From positions 1 through 44,377 of IMG/VR virus record IMGVR_UViG_3300020044_004264: a DNA stretch of 44,377 nt. One strand, given 5' to 3'. The first letter of the stretch is position 1; each line of letters opens with the position of its first letter. This DNA comes from a virus. Taxonomy: Duplodnaviria > Caudoviricetes. Below, piece by piece: positions 15,832 through 25,497 of this stretch. The notes beneath the pieces are model-generated. The model did no database searches. It was not told where the DNA came from and saw only the letters and a program-made list of their open reading frames with translations. The position numbers were made by a program, and so were the translations under genes.

Positions 15832-18222
15832 TTATTTATCCTGCCATGATGGTATTCCCGACGCAACCTCCAAGACCTGACCTTCGGTTCCTATTCCCAA
15901 GTTTTTCCAATCGGCTCCGTCCCAATACTTGATATCCCCTACTGCATCGCCCTTGGTATAGCCTTCACCTGCTGGACCGACCGCACCCGTTGCACCCGTT
16001 GCACCGGGAGGGCCTGCAACCGCTGGCAGTTCCTTGACCAATGGAATTGGAGGGACTTCGTTCGGGTAATCCGAGTCCGTTGCCGGAACAGGGCCGTCGT
16101 AGGGCAGGTATCCAATTTGCTTGAACACGAACTCGGTTAGGTTGAGAATCCTGCGAAGGGTTACCCGGCACGGCTTCTGCTGACCTATCTCGTAGTCCCG
16201 AATCTCAAGCAGCCTCCAACGGACCCCTCCGTAGTAGATGGGAGTGCGGAAGTCAAGTTGGCTGATGTCCACGGCATTGAGCATGATGGAGAGTTCCAAC
16301 TGCATCGCCTCACGACTGACGGTTTCTTGGATGAAATTCCACCAATAGATGTTGAACAGGTTGTTGTTCGTGTATAGGTAAGGGTCGCTATTTGCGGCGA
16401 CATTCACCGCATAATACAACTGCTTGGGGATGCCAAAGGCAAGGTCGAAGTTTGCGTCGTAGGGGTTGTTGATGTGGCTGACAAAGGGCAGATTCAGCAA
16501 CGACTCTGCGAGTGCTACCGAACCGCTGACCCCGTATTGGTAGGCCCACGTCGTCGGTGCTTCGATGAGGTTGTATTGGGCTATGCGGTAACCGCTCTGC
16601 AAGGTCTTGATGGTTCCTGACAAAGCGGAGCCATCCAAGTCCCAAGCCCTTCCAACGGCCTTATCCGTCGTGAAGTTTGCAGGGATAAGGGTGCTGCAAG
16701 AGAGTTCAACAACGTTCTCTCCTTTGCCGTAGAAGTTGTCGGTTGTGAAGATTCGCCCTCCGTAGCCTTCCTTTGCCAATGGGTAATTCGACTTGTCCAA
16801 CTTGGACAAATAATCCCCGGCATCCTTGTACTTGAACACGATGGTCTTGTATTGGTTTGGGTCCCCGTTCGTGATGCTTTGCTCTGCGTTCTCATCCGAT
16901 TTCTGCGACCAGTCCACGACCCCTGATGAATAGAAGTCCACCCAAGGCTCTACGATGAGGTTCTTCGGGTCGGCAGGGTCCGGCATGAAGTAGAGGTTGA
17001 ACATCTTTTGCAGGTCTTGCAAGAAGTCGCTCTGCTTCACGTCAGCAGGCAGGGCGGTTCTCATGTCAACCGTGTGCAATGTTTGAGGGTTCTCCAAGCA
17101 TTCCCAAAGGACGGTTGCACCTGAAAGAATAGTGCCAGCAAATCCCAAAAATGGAGTTGTGAAAACGATGCCGATGTTTGCGGTCGTGTTTGCAGGAATG
17201 GTTACGTTTGGAAAAGTAACCGAGTTGTTTGAGAATATGTTTATGCCCGTGATGACCTGATTATCCGTAGAGTTGGTCAGGTTTCGGATACTCATATTTG
17301 CAACGCGCCTCGGTGCTGCAAGAGTTACCCCAAAATTTACCGTTATGTTCCAACGAGTTGGGAACGAAGGCGCAACAAAGGTGCTTGATGAAGGAACCCA
17401 ATAGCCGGGGCGGTCGTAATAACTTCCTGTTTCATCTTGAAACTGCATCGTGTAGTTAATGTTTCCCGATGCGTTAATAGTTCCTGTACTTGCTACGAAA
17501 ATCGTTGACCCCGAAAGGTTAAAGATTGCTTCCCCGGCAGCGTATGGAATAACCAACTTGCCAAACCGCTCGGAATTAAAGAACTCCGAGGTGTACCGAT
17601 ACCCTGCCTGTGCGAAGATGAGGTCCACCATCTTTTTCACATAAATGCTCGGGGTCATCTTGTAGAATGGCACCGCAAACCACCCCTGCGTAACTACGTC
17701 GGTATATCCGTAGGAATCAACCAAGCCGTAAACGTAACCGCTCGCACCACTTGCGGTCCAAGTCGCAGAAACATGAGCAGAGGTCAGCGTGTGGTTCATT
17801 CCGCTGACCCCTGCCGTTGTCGCAAGGAGGTTGCCCTCAATGGACTTAAACAGGCTCACATCGTCCGAGAATAGGCCCACTTCGTAGGTAACCTCGCCCC
17901 GGATTTTGGACATGGAAATCAGCTGTAAAACTCCGCTGAAAACTTGGACCCCATCCTCCCACATCGCAGCACGAATCTTCTTGTTCGGCTGGAATCCACC
18001 CACGAAGGACTGGATGTTGTAAGCGTACCCGAAGCAGGCCCGATTTGTTGTCGTATTAGGCAACGTGATGGTCTTGGAAAACGACCCTCTCCGCTTGGTG
18101 ATGTCGGCAATGTCCTCCACCGAAAAGGTCAGGGCGATGTCAATTTCGCCCATCGTGTCAAGGACGTAGGGAACCTCTGCGTTGGAATCGTTGAGAGGGT
18201 AGGCAATTAGCGTAACGCTCAT
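15832..18222 (-). CDS. Tail hub/tip protein with short collagen-like tract
   Basis: DIADITKRRGSFSKTITLP N-terminus; DLQKMFNLY; GPPGATGATGAVGPAGEG. Confidence 0.7.
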   Translation of the reverse strand: MSVTLIAYPLNDSNAEVPYVLDTMGEIDIALTFSVEDIADITKRRGSFSKTITLPNTTTNRACFGYAYNIQSFVGGFQPNKKIRAAMWEDGVQVFSGVLQLISMSKIRGEVTYEVGLFSDDVSLFKSIEGNLLATTAGVSGMNHTLTSAHVSATWTASGASGYVYGLVDSYGYTDVVTQGWFAVPFYKMTPSIYVKKMVDLIFAQAGYRYTSEFFNSERFGKLVIPYAAGEAIFNLSGSTIFVASTGTINASGNINYTMQFQDETGSYYDRPGYWVPSSSTFVAPSFPTRWNITVNFGVTLAAPRRVANMSIRNLTNSTDNQVITGINIFSNNSVTFPNVTIPANTTANIGIVFTTPFLGFAGTILSGATVLWECLENPQTLHTVDMRTALPADVKQSDFLQDLQKMFNLYFMPDPADPKNLIVEPWVDFYSSGVVDWSQKSDENAEQSITNGDPNQYKTIVFKYKDAGDYLSKLDKSNYPLAKEGYGGRIFTTDNFYGKGENVVELSCSTLIPANFTTDKAVGRAWDLDGSALSGTIKTLQSGYRIAQYNLIEAPTTWAYQYGVSGSVALAESLLNLPFVSHINNPYDANFDLAFGIPKQLYYAVNVAANSDPYLYTNNNLFNIYWWNFIQETVSREAMQLELSIMLNAVDISQLDFRTPIYYGGVRWRLLEIRDYEIGQQKPCRVTLRRILNLTEFVFKQIGYLPYDGPVPATDSDYPNEVPPIPLVKELPAVAGPPGATGATGAVGPAGEGYTKGDAVGDIKYWDGADWKNLGIGTEGQVLEVASGIPSWQDK

Positions 18223-19412
18223 AGGATGTTATTCTTGTAGGCCACGGCAACCTCGACCTGCAACTGCGTCAGGCGGTCGTTTCTTCGGGTCGTGAATTGG
18301 TAGGTGTTGGCGTTGACAATGGCTTCAACGAGTTGACCGTCCAGTTCAAGCCATACCTGCCCGGATCGGATCATTTCGATAAGCCAAGCGGATTCGGCAT
18401 CGGTCAGCCAATCCGAGTTCAGTGCGTAAACGTAGTCGAACTCCCCTGCCCAAACTTTGTCGAAGGTCGTGGTTGCGTAAACGTCCGAGTTGTAGCCGAA
18501 CGTCTGCCTGCTGATGTTGGCCCGCTTGCGGTTCTTCAGCGTGAAGGTGTAGGAGTCAATGCCCCCGTACTTATTTTGGAAGTGTACCGGGATGGAATTG
18601 AATCGCTGGCATTGCCCGATAACGTAGCGTTGCCTGATGGTGATGTTTGTACTCTTTTGGAAGTAAACGTCGTAGAAGTCCCCGGCATTGCCTTGGAAGT
18701 TGACCGACCCTGCCAAGCCGTCCGAGCATTGTCCCGACGTGAGGGCTTTGAGGTTCATCGGCCCGACCCCGAAGCGGATGACATTCGACCCCGATACACT
18801 CGACGCAGAAACATTGAACTGCCTTGCAAAGGTCGCTCCTGTTGCACTCCAGTATTGGATGTAAGCCGTCTCGACCCCGTAGTTGAACTGCCCGATGGAA
18901 AGCCATCCGTAGCCGTCGGCATAGACCGTGCGAGTCGTCGGGGTTGTCAGCATCCGTGTTGTATCGTTGACAATAGCCCCGCTCGGAAAGTACAGACCAC
19001 CACTCCAAGTCGCAAGTTCTAACTGCTCCAAGTTTCCTGCGAAGGAAACATTCCCCGACACGGTGGTAACGGTTCCCGTGTAAACGACTGGGGTGTTTCC
19101 GTATTCCTCCATAAAGTCGAGCCTGTAACCCGAATAGTACCCGGCATGATCCACGAAGCCCGTTTGGGTCAAGGATGGCTTGGTCGGTGCAATCAGGGTT
19201 TCTACCACCTTGGCAACGTCAAAGAAGCCGAAGTTGGTGGTGGGCAGTTTGTCGCACTTGAGCCGGGCAAGGGTGGTCCCTGCTGGGTTCTTGACATCGC
19301 AGACGTACCTGTAATTGGGTTGAGCAATCAGCGAACCGCTGACCTTGAAGAGCATCTTGTTGTAAACGGGTGTAGCCACTTGGGGCGACCCTGAAAGGAC
19401 GGTTGTTGCCAT
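18219..19412 (-). CDS. Tail protein (distal tail-like)
   Basis: FQNKYGGIDSYTF and LNSDWL motifs; position in tail module. Confidence 0.6.
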   Translation of the reverse strand: MATTVLSGSPQVATPVYNKMLFKVSGSLIAQPNYRYVCDVKNPAGTTLARLKCDKLPTTNFGFFDVAKVVETLIAPTKPSLTQTGFVDHAGYYSGYRLDFMEEYGNTPVVYTGTVTTVSGNVSFAGNLEQLELATWSGGLYFPSGAIVNDTTRMLTTPTTRTVYADGYGWLSIGQFNYGVETAYIQYWSATGATFARQFNVSASSVSGSNVIRFGVGPMNLKALTSGQCSDGLAGSVNFQGNAGDFYDVYFQKSTNITIRQRYVIGQCQRFNSIPVHFQNKYGGIDSYTFTLKNRKRANISRQTFGYNSDVYATTTFDKVWAGEFDYVYALNSDWLTDAESAWLIEMIRSGQVWLELDGQLVEAIVNANTYQFTTRRNDRLTQLQVEVAVAYKNNIL

Positions 19413-19413
19413 T

Positions 19414-20061
19414 TTATAGTTTGGTTGCTACGCTTATGGATTTGCCAAGGGTTTCAGCGATGGTGTTCACCAAAACGTCTATCATTTCGGGGGATAGGGC
19501 GTTAGACATGAAGTTTGTGGCCCGTGTTCCTCGCTGGAATACCCAATAGGCAACCGACCTGCCATCCACCAATCCCTGCTCCTGCTTCGTCCGCATCCGC
19601 TTGAGTTCACGGGAATAGGTTGGCACAACGGGGATGCCCTTGTTGGCTATCCAATCGGCCATTGCTTGGGCAGGTGGGAACTTGTCCCGATATTGGAATG
19701 GCGATCTCGGAGCCTTTACGCTTGACGTTTTGCCTCGCACCCCTTGGTCAACGTACTTCCAATAGGGGTTGGCCATGATAGCCACGACGATTTGCTTGGC
19801 GGATAGTTCGATGTCTTCGGGGGCGATGGATGCCGATAGCGTTCCCCCTGCGTTGGCGTTGGCTGCTTCGAGGTTCTTCTTCGCAAGTTCGATGACCCGT
19901 TCAATCCACTTGACCAGCACGTCGTGGGCTGGCGACTTGCCTCCACCCTTGGGGCCGAGGACTGAACCAATGCCCTCCAAGGCGGTTTGGTCGATGCCCT
20001 TCATCGAACCGCTGCCGAACTTACCTACGGGTTGGCCATTCGCAAGTATGGTTGTTTCCAT
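19414..20061 (-). CDS. Tail completion/neck protein (HK97 gp10-like)
   Basis: GTLSASI, YWKYVDQGVRG, GTRATNFM motifs. Confidence 0.6.
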   Translation of the reverse strand: METTILANGQPVGKFGSGSMKGIDQTALEGIGSVLGPKGGGKSPAHDVLVKWIERVIELAKKNLEAANANAGGTLSASIAPEDIELSAKQIVVAIMANPYWKYVDQGVRGKTSSVKAPRSPFQYRDKFPPAQAMADWIANKGIPVVPTYSRELKRMRTKQEQGLVDGRSVAYWVFQRGTRATNFMSNALSPEMIDVLVNTIAETLGKSISVATKL

Positions 20062-20065
20062 GTGG

Positions 20066-20093
20066 GTAAATGTCCCCCTTGCGGTAATGTGTC
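20066..20093 (-). promoter_or_regulatory. Putative late promoter (CACATT-N12-ACATTTAC)
   Basis: ACATTTAC 4 nt upstream of ATG at 20061. Confidence 0.5.
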
Positions 20094-20356
20094 TATCTGC
20101 GTCTTGCTCTTTCCGCTTCCATCCTCTCCGCTTCCAAAATATCGTGAATCAGCAGGGCGTAGTTCAAGAACTCCACCGCCTTCATCGCAAAGATGGCATC
20201 GAATTTCAGCACGTCCTTGTTTGCCATCCGCCAGACGACCATAAGCCAACCGTACCCTGCGAGAGGGCTTACGTCAGCCCCTCGGCCGTCTTCATCAGGT
20301 GCTTGGAATAATCGCTCAAAACTTTCAAGTAGGATTCTGAACTTAGCAAAAAAAAA
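20093..20356 (-). CDS. -1 frameshift extension of tail chaperone (GT)
   Basis: AGT TTT TTT TTG (20348-20356 run); -1 frame reads FAKFRILL...GYGWLMVVWRMANKDVLKFD. Confidence 0.7.
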   Translation of the reverse strand, partial: FFFAKFRILLESFERLFQAPDEDGRGADVSPLAGYGWLMVVWRMANKDVLKFDAIFAMKAVEFLNYALLIHDILEAERMEAERARRR

Positions 20357-20838
20357 CTGACAACCCCCCAAACGTCGCCCACCTTGGCGTGTTTCTTCAT
20401 CAGTTCGGCTCGCTCCGCATGGGCAGCACCGTCGTACTTCTTCGGGAATAATCCGAATAGACCGCCCTCCCGGCACAAGGTCGCCATGATGCGGTGAAGG
20501 TTCTGCAACAACTGCTTTTCGTCCGTGGTGTTTGCGTCCATGAGTTCAATCAACTGCCCGGCAGTCAACTCATCCGTGAACACCGTCGGAATCCACCATT
20601 TGCCACCGGCTTTGAACTTTCGCTTGTACCCAAGGGCAGGCAATGCGTTCCACTCGCTGATAATGGCCTTGTAACGCTTTAGGACGCTCTTGGCGGGCAT
20701 TTCTCGAACGATTGATATATCGGCCCCCTCAACGATTGCGACGACCCCTGCACGCTTGTCGTAGTCCCCAAGGACGCTGGAGAACTCAATGGCTCCGATG
20801 CGTTGGAACTGGTCGATCGTGAGGTCTTGGAGTTTCAT
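20269..20838 (-). CDS. Tail assembly chaperone (G)
   Basis: LTIDQFQ, LTAGQLI, ...VVSFFL with a T9 slippery run. Confidence 0.75.
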   Translation of the reverse strand: MKLQDLTIDQFQRIGAIEFSSVLGDYDKRAGVVAIVEGADISIVREMPAKSVLKRYKAIISEWNALPALGYKRKFKAGGKWWIPTVFTDELTAGQLIELMDANTTDEKQLLQNLHRIMATLCREGGLFGLFPKKYDGAAHAERAELMKKHAKVGDVWGVVSFFLLSSESYLKVLSDYSKHLMKTAEGLT

Positions 20839-21920
20839 GGGAGTTTGGTTTTGCAGAAGGTTAGTGCGTCCTCGATGACTTGGTGCATATCAAAGTACTT
20901 GTACTGACCGAGCCTTCCTCCAAAGTAAACGTTCGGAGTTGAATCGGCTAATTCTTTGTAGGACTGATATACCTTATTGTTCGCTTGGTCGTTGACCGGG
21001 TAGTAGGGGTCGGTCTTGTCGGGAATGTACTCTTGGGGGTATTCGGTGCTGACCCAAGAGCCGTACCCTTCCTCTTGGGCAAAATGCTTGTGTTCAATCT
21101 TTCGGGTGTATGGGACCTCGGCATCCGTGTAGTTCATCACGGGGCATCCCTGCACGTTGTTTGAAAAAACCCATTCGTGTTCGTGCCTAATTGTTTTATA
21201 CTCCAAAGGACCAAACTGGTAGTCAAAGAACTTGTCAATCGGACCCGTGTAGATTAGGTTCTCGGCATCCGGCAATGGGTCGGTAAAGAAGTCCGTGTTG
21301 AGCAGCAAGTCAGCCCCCTCAAGTAGTTTCTCAAAGATTGGCGTGTAGCCACCAACCGGGATGCCTTGGAATTGGTCGTTGAAGTAATTGTTGTCGTAGG
21401 TCATCCGAACGGGCAAGCGATTTACAATGCTTGCCGGGAGGTCCGTTGCAGGCTTCATCCATTGCTTTTCGGTATAGCCCTTGATTAGCAACTCGTAAAC
21501 CTTCCTACCGACTTTCTTGATAGCAGCGGATTTAAGGCTGCCATCGTCAGCGCAATCCGAATCCCGTTCAATGCAACGCATGGCCTCTTGGGGTGTTGTA
21601 GCACCATAGACCTGACTGAAGGTGTGCATCGAGAAAGGAAGGGAATAAACGCCTCCCTTGGCCGTAGCCATGACCTGCAAGCGGATAGGCTTGAACTCTG
21701 CATATTGGTTAATCCAGTCCCAAATCTCTTTCTTGTTCGTGTGAAAGATGTGCGGTCCGTAAGTGTGAACCGTTATACCGCTCTTGACCTCGGTGTAGCA
21801 GTTACCGCCAATGTGGTTGCGTTTCTCAATAACCACAACCTTCTTGCCTTGGTCGTGCAAGTGCTTGGCGCAAATCGCACCGAAGAAACCCGAACCTACA
21901 ATGGCGAAGTCATAACTCAT
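20835..21920 (-). CDS. glf: UDP-galactopyranose mutase
   Basis: IVGSGFFGA, HIGGNCY, YGPHIFHT, YTEKQW, YTGPID, PYYP, GRLGQYKYFDMHQ. Confidence 0.95.
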   Translation of the reverse strand: MSYDFAIVGSGFFGAICAKHLHDQGKKVVVIEKRNHIGGNCYTEVKSGITVHTYGPHIFHTNKKEIWDWINQYAEFKPIRLQVMATAKGGVYSLPFSMHTFSQVYGATTPQEAMRCIERDSDCADDGSLKSAAIKKVGRKVYELLIKGYTEKQWMKPATDLPASIVNRLPVRMTYDNNYFNDQFQGIPVGGYTPIFEKLLEGADLLLNTDFFTDPLPDAENLIYTGPIDKFFDYQFGPLEYKTIRHEHEWVFSNNVQGCPVMNYTDAEVPYTRKIEHKHFAQEEGYGSWVSTEYPQEYIPDKTDPYYPVNDQANNKVYQSYKELADSTPNVYFGGRLGQYKYFDMHQVIEDALTFCKTKLP

Positions 21921-22579
21921 AGTTCAATGATTCCGATTCCCAAGTAGTTATCCCTGACCGATGCATACCCCTCAATAAATTCGCGGTGCTTGTAGTTGCC
22001 CTTTATCTCGTTCCAAAAGCGAACAACACCCGGACAGGCAACGCTATTGATGTCATGCAGCATGATGTAGGCAGGGTTTAAAGTAAGCGAGTTCTCAAAA
22101 TCACGCCTGACCCCTTCGTAGGAATGGTCGCCATCAATAAATACGAAGTCAACTTGGCTCGGTAGTTTGGGGCTAATGGTTTGGAACAACATCGAGTTCC
22201 CCTGTATGTAAGTAAAGGGCCAATAATCGTTGTACTGGTTCAGGATTTCGGATGGCTCAATAAGGTCCACTGCAAAGGACTTTAGTTCCTTGTTAGTTTT
22301 CTTGAGGACTTCGTTGATTATCACGAAAGTCCCACCCCATCGGCATCCAATCTCAAGGTAGGAGTTGATGGGCTTGCCGTGAATGTGCTTGAGCAGTTTT
22401 GCGAATTGGTTGGGGTACTGCCAAAACCGCAAGCCCTTCCCGAAGCAGTCGGACAGGTGGCTCGGCATTTCGTGAAGAATCTCGTTGTTCATCCCAAATT
22501 CAGGTAGTAAACGCTCCAGTTCTTCGGTTGACATTGAGTCAATGTCTAACTCGGATAGTCGTGAAAATAGGTCTTTCAT
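21917..22579 (-). CDS. Class I SAM methyltransferase (Methyltransf_24-like)
   Basis: YLEIG...GGT, FIDGDHSYEGV, LHDI. Confidence 0.85.
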   Translation of the reverse strand: MKDLFSRLSELDIDSMSTEELERLLPEFGMNNEILHEMPSHLSDCFGKGLRFWQYPNQFAKLLKHIHGKPINSYLEIGCRWGGTFVIINEVLKKTNKELKSFAVDLIEPSEILNQYNDYWPFTYIQGNSMLFQTISPKLPSQVDFVFIDGDHSYEGVRRDFENSLTLNPAYIMLHDINSVACPGVVRFWNEIKGNYKHREFIEGYASVRDNYLGIGIIEL

Positions 22580-23148
22580 AGTGCGTTGAATATTGTGGGC
22601 CATAGCCGTTCAAAGGCATGGCCGTAGCCTTGACAGTCAACCATTGGTGGTAGTAGCGTGATTGCTCTTTGATAGAACTTCAAGGGCCGTTGCTGGATGG
22701 CTTCCTTGCGAACCGCAAAGATTGCCCCTGCTCCAAACCAAACCTGCTGCTCAATCGTTTGCCCGAATAAAAACTCAACGACTTCCGGCAAAATGTTCGG
22801 CCAACAATGGTAAGGCCAAGCGTTGCAGTTTAACCCGTGAATTTGTAGGACCCATTGCGATAGGTTTAAAAAGGGAATGTCCATCCCTTCATCAAGCATG
22901 GTGTCAATGTGGTCCGTAATTTTTGGGCAATGGTCAAAGGGCTTGCCCTGCGTGAAAAGGGTTACATCGTCAAGGCGATTGTAGTTCTCAATGATGTGGT
23001 GCAGGTAGGTATGCGATTCCCTTCCGATGTTGGTCAAGGCAATGCTTGGGAGGTCAATGGCTTCCCCTTTGTTGTAGATGACGCAATGCTGCTTGTAAGG
23101 ATTGAGCCAAGTCAAGTCCTCGTTATACCGTGCAACGACTATCTGCAT
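22576..23148 (-). CDS. DUF3431-like protein (glycan-related)
   Basis: IVVARYNEDLTW, NIGRESHTYLHHI, FTQG.PFDH, FERLW. Confidence 0.75.
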   Translation of the reverse strand: MQIVVARYNEDLTWLNPYKQHCVIYNKGEAIDLPSIALTNIGRESHTYLHHIIENYNRLDDVTLFTQGKPFDHCPKITDHIDTMLDEGMDIPFLNLSQWVLQIHGLNCNAWPYHCWPNILPEVVEFLFGQTIEQQVWFGAGAIFAVRKEAIQQRPLKFYQRAITLLPPMVDCQGYGHAFERLWPTIFNAL

Positions 23149-23801
23149 TAAAAAGTAATTACAAACTTTTCGGGACCCGGCCATCCGGGGTTGGTGTCGT
23201 GGACCTTTGTATCAGGCTTCTTTCCAATCCAATGTTCGGCCTGCCAGCGGTGGTCCCGTACCGGTTCGCCCAGTTCCTTGATGTGGGAGGATTTGGCCCA
23301 CCAATAGGTTCCACCAAAGTAGGGGTAGCCGTCGGGGTTGTTGTGATCCGCCATGTGTGGGAATTGATCCTTGGTAATCCAATGACATCCCACCGCATCC
23401 ACGCCTTCGAGCAGTTGCATGGACCGCTCCCATGCGACGACGTTGAAGAAGGTCATGCTGCGATTCCACAACTGATTTATCAAAGACGGGTCGCTTGCCC
23501 CCTTCGTGTGGGCGTACAGGTACACGGCTTCCTCTTCCTGACTTGCCCGATACATTTCGGTCAGCGTCGCCTGCTCCCAAGCGTTGGTTCGGGTTACTAC
23601 GACCTTGACCTTATCGGCCACCATCGAGTTCTCCAGCACCTCCTTGACCGCTTTGCGTTGTTCGGGTGGTCCGACGATGCCTACACGAATCTCATCCAAG
23701 ACCCCGATGAGGCCGTAGTTGCAGACCGCCATCATGTGTTGGTTCAGGATTAACTGCCAGTTCCCTCCGCAGTAGATGTGGTAGTAGTGAACGACTTTCA
23801 T
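23148..23801 (-). CDS. Putative glycosyltransferase-like protein
   Basis: YLYAHTKG, FGGTYWWAKSSHI, AEHWIG; sits in glycan gene cluster. Confidence 0.5.
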   Translation of the reverse strand: MKVVHYYHIYCGGNWQLILNQHMMAVCNYGLIGVLDEIRVGIVGPPEQRKAVKEVLENSMVADKVKVVVTRTNAWEQATLTEMYRASQEEEAVYLYAHTKGASDPSLINQLWNRSMTFFNVVAWERSMQLLEGVDAVGCHWITKDQFPHMADHNNPDGYPYFGGTYWWAKSSHIKELGEPVRDHRWQAEHWIGKKPDTKVHDTNPGWPGPEKFVITF

Positions 23802-23899
23802 AAGGTCCAAAGGAGGGTTAGAAGGGTGAGGATGAAGAAAACGGCTGCAATCGTCTTGCCGATTTCGATGAGCAGGTCAAGGATGCGTTCGGGGTTCAT
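23798..23899 (-). CDS. 33-aa TM peptide (not in ORF track)
   Basis: MNPERILDLLIEIGKTIAAVFFILTLLTLLWTL; ATGA overlap; TAACTTTG at 23904-23911. Confidence 0.6.
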   Translation of the reverse strand: MNPERILDLLIEIGKTIAAVFFILTLLTLLWTL

Positions 23900-23908
23900 A
23901 GGGCAAAG

Positions 23909-25084
23909 TTAAACCACAACGTACTTACCAGAGTTGCTAACCCTTAACTTGTTGAGTGCCACATACCGCATCGCATCGCAGGCGTGATTGAAGGAGTCAA
24001 TCGGGACCCCCGTGTTCTTGCCCTCTTTGTCCGTCGCCCAAGTGTAGGACCGCAGTTCCTTGATGAGGTTGGTCGAGTCCTTGGTAACCTGCAATTTAAA
24101 GCGTTTCAAGATGTCTATCCCGTTCCGGACCGAGTCGGGGCCTTTCTCCGCTGGCTTGATGTTAAATCCAAGTCGGTAGATTTCCTCGATGCTCTTGGGT
24201 TCGGCTGAATCCGCCACGATTTCCCAAGCCCTTGTGATGCCCAGCGTCCGCAACTTGTCTGCGATGTCTTGGTTCGTCAGGCCTGTTGCGTAGAGCAGTT
24301 CTTGGATGAGCAGGCAGTCCCCTTGGCGGTAGATTGCTACCAAGGCCGTAGGGTCGTTGCTGAAGCCCCAGTCAAGCCCAAGGGCGACGAATTTCGCACG
24401 GCTGACATCGATACCCTCCACCACCTCGAAGTCCTCGTATATCGCACCCTGAAGCGTCCCGACCTGACCGAGGCCGTAAACCTTCCACCAGTTCGCCCAA
24501 TACGCTGACGTTTCGGCTTTGGTGCGGTTCAGTTCGATGTCCCTCTTGATCGTGTCAGGCAGGGCCTCGTTGTCCTGATAGGTCAGGATGAGCAGTTCGG
24601 AATCGTCCTCTCGCAGGACCTCGGTATGCGCCCAGAACTCATGCGTCGGGTTGAAGTCGATGTAGATGGCCTCGCTGGTTCTGATAGCCAACTGGTAGTA
24701 GGACTCAAAGTCAATGTTGTTCGCCTCGTTGATGAATAGCACCTGCCTCCTTGCACCCCGAAGCCTTGCCTCTTGGTCAGCCGAGAAAAACTCGATGGTG
24801 CTACGGTTAGCGAACTGGTAGGTCAGCAGGGTCTTGTTCCACCTTGCCGGAACGAAGATGCCCTTGGCAATCATTATCTTGATGAAGTCCCGAATCGCAC
24901 CCCTCCGAAGGTGAGGCACGGTTTCCCCGACGATGCTGATTTCGGTCTTCTTCGTGCAAGCCTGCTTGATTAAAACGCAAAGGATGCTGAAGGTCTTGGA
25001 GGCCGAGGTCCCTCCTTGGATGACCCTCTTGCGATGGGTCAGCGATTCAATCTTCCGCTTGGCGGTGGTGTTTATGACCTTCAT
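23909..25084 (-). CDS. terL: Terminase large subunit (PBSX-like)
   Basis: QGGTSASKT Walker A, LFINE Walker B, DFNP, GLDWG, ADSAEP, NHACDAMRY. Confidence 0.95.
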   Translation of the reverse strand: MKVINTTAKRKIESLTHRKRVIQGGTSASKTFSILCVLIKQACTKKTEISIVGETVPHLRRGAIRDFIKIMIAKGIFVPARWNKTLLTYQFANRSTIEFFSADQEARLRGARRQVLFINEANNIDFESYYQLAIRTSEAIYIDFNPTHEFWAHTEVLREDDSELLILTYQDNEALPDTIKRDIELNRTKAETSAYWANWWKVYGLGQVGTLQGAIYEDFEVVEGIDVSRAKFVALGLDWGFSNDPTALVAIYRQGDCLLIQELLYATGLTNQDIADKLRTLGITRAWEIVADSAEPKSIEEIYRLGFNIKPAEKGPDSVRNGIDILKRFKLQVTKDSTNLIKELRSYTWATDKEGKNTGVPIDSFNHACDAMRYVALNKLRVSNSGKYVVV

Positions 25085-25497
25085 TCATCCTCGGTCCATT
25101 GTTCAATAAAGACCTGATTCTCGTGCTTGTCAACCAAAGAGTTCAGCCGTTGGGTAATGCTTGCGTTGTACTGACCGACCATGCCCCCTTCGATTTGGTC
25201 TTGACGGATGACCCGTCTTATGCGTGAACAGATGGTTGAATAATCGGAGTAGTTGCCCTTCGTGTTTGCAAAGTAGTCTTCAAGGTCCTCAATGATGCCT
25301 GCATCGGCACACCAGTTCTCAAAGCCTTCCAAGGTCAGAGGTCGCTCCAAGGGTTCATGCTGGGGGATAGCATCCTTGCCGGGGAATACCGTCTTGGTCC
25401 TTGGGTTTGCCTTGACCTGCGAGCGGTATGCCTCAAAGTACTCCCACATCTTTTCGGGGGTTTCAATGTACTTGCCGTGTCCTCTGCTGGTTCCCAT
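25081..25497 (-). CDS. terS: Terminase small subunit (P22 gp3-like)
   Basis: PEKMWEYFEAY, RPLTLEGF, GQYNASITQRL; directly upstream of TerL. Confidence 0.8.
   Translation of the reverse strand: MGTSRGHGKYIETPEKMWEYFEAYRSQVKANPRTKTVFPGKDAIPQHEPLERPLTLEGFENWCADAGIIEDLEDYFANTKGNYSDYSTICSRIRRVIRQDQIEGGMVGQYNASITQRLNSLVDKHENQVFIEQWTEDE

Noticed and set aside
12053-20311. Long plus-strand ORFs (e.g. 12053-12745, 18297-19022, 19769-20311)
   Set aside because: Antisense shadows of clear minus-strand genes with no recognisable motifs
24990-25020. Defective terminase Walker A (SKT instead of GKT)
   Set aside because: Catalytic Lys-Thr retained, SKT variants occur in PBSX-type terminases, and other motifs are intact
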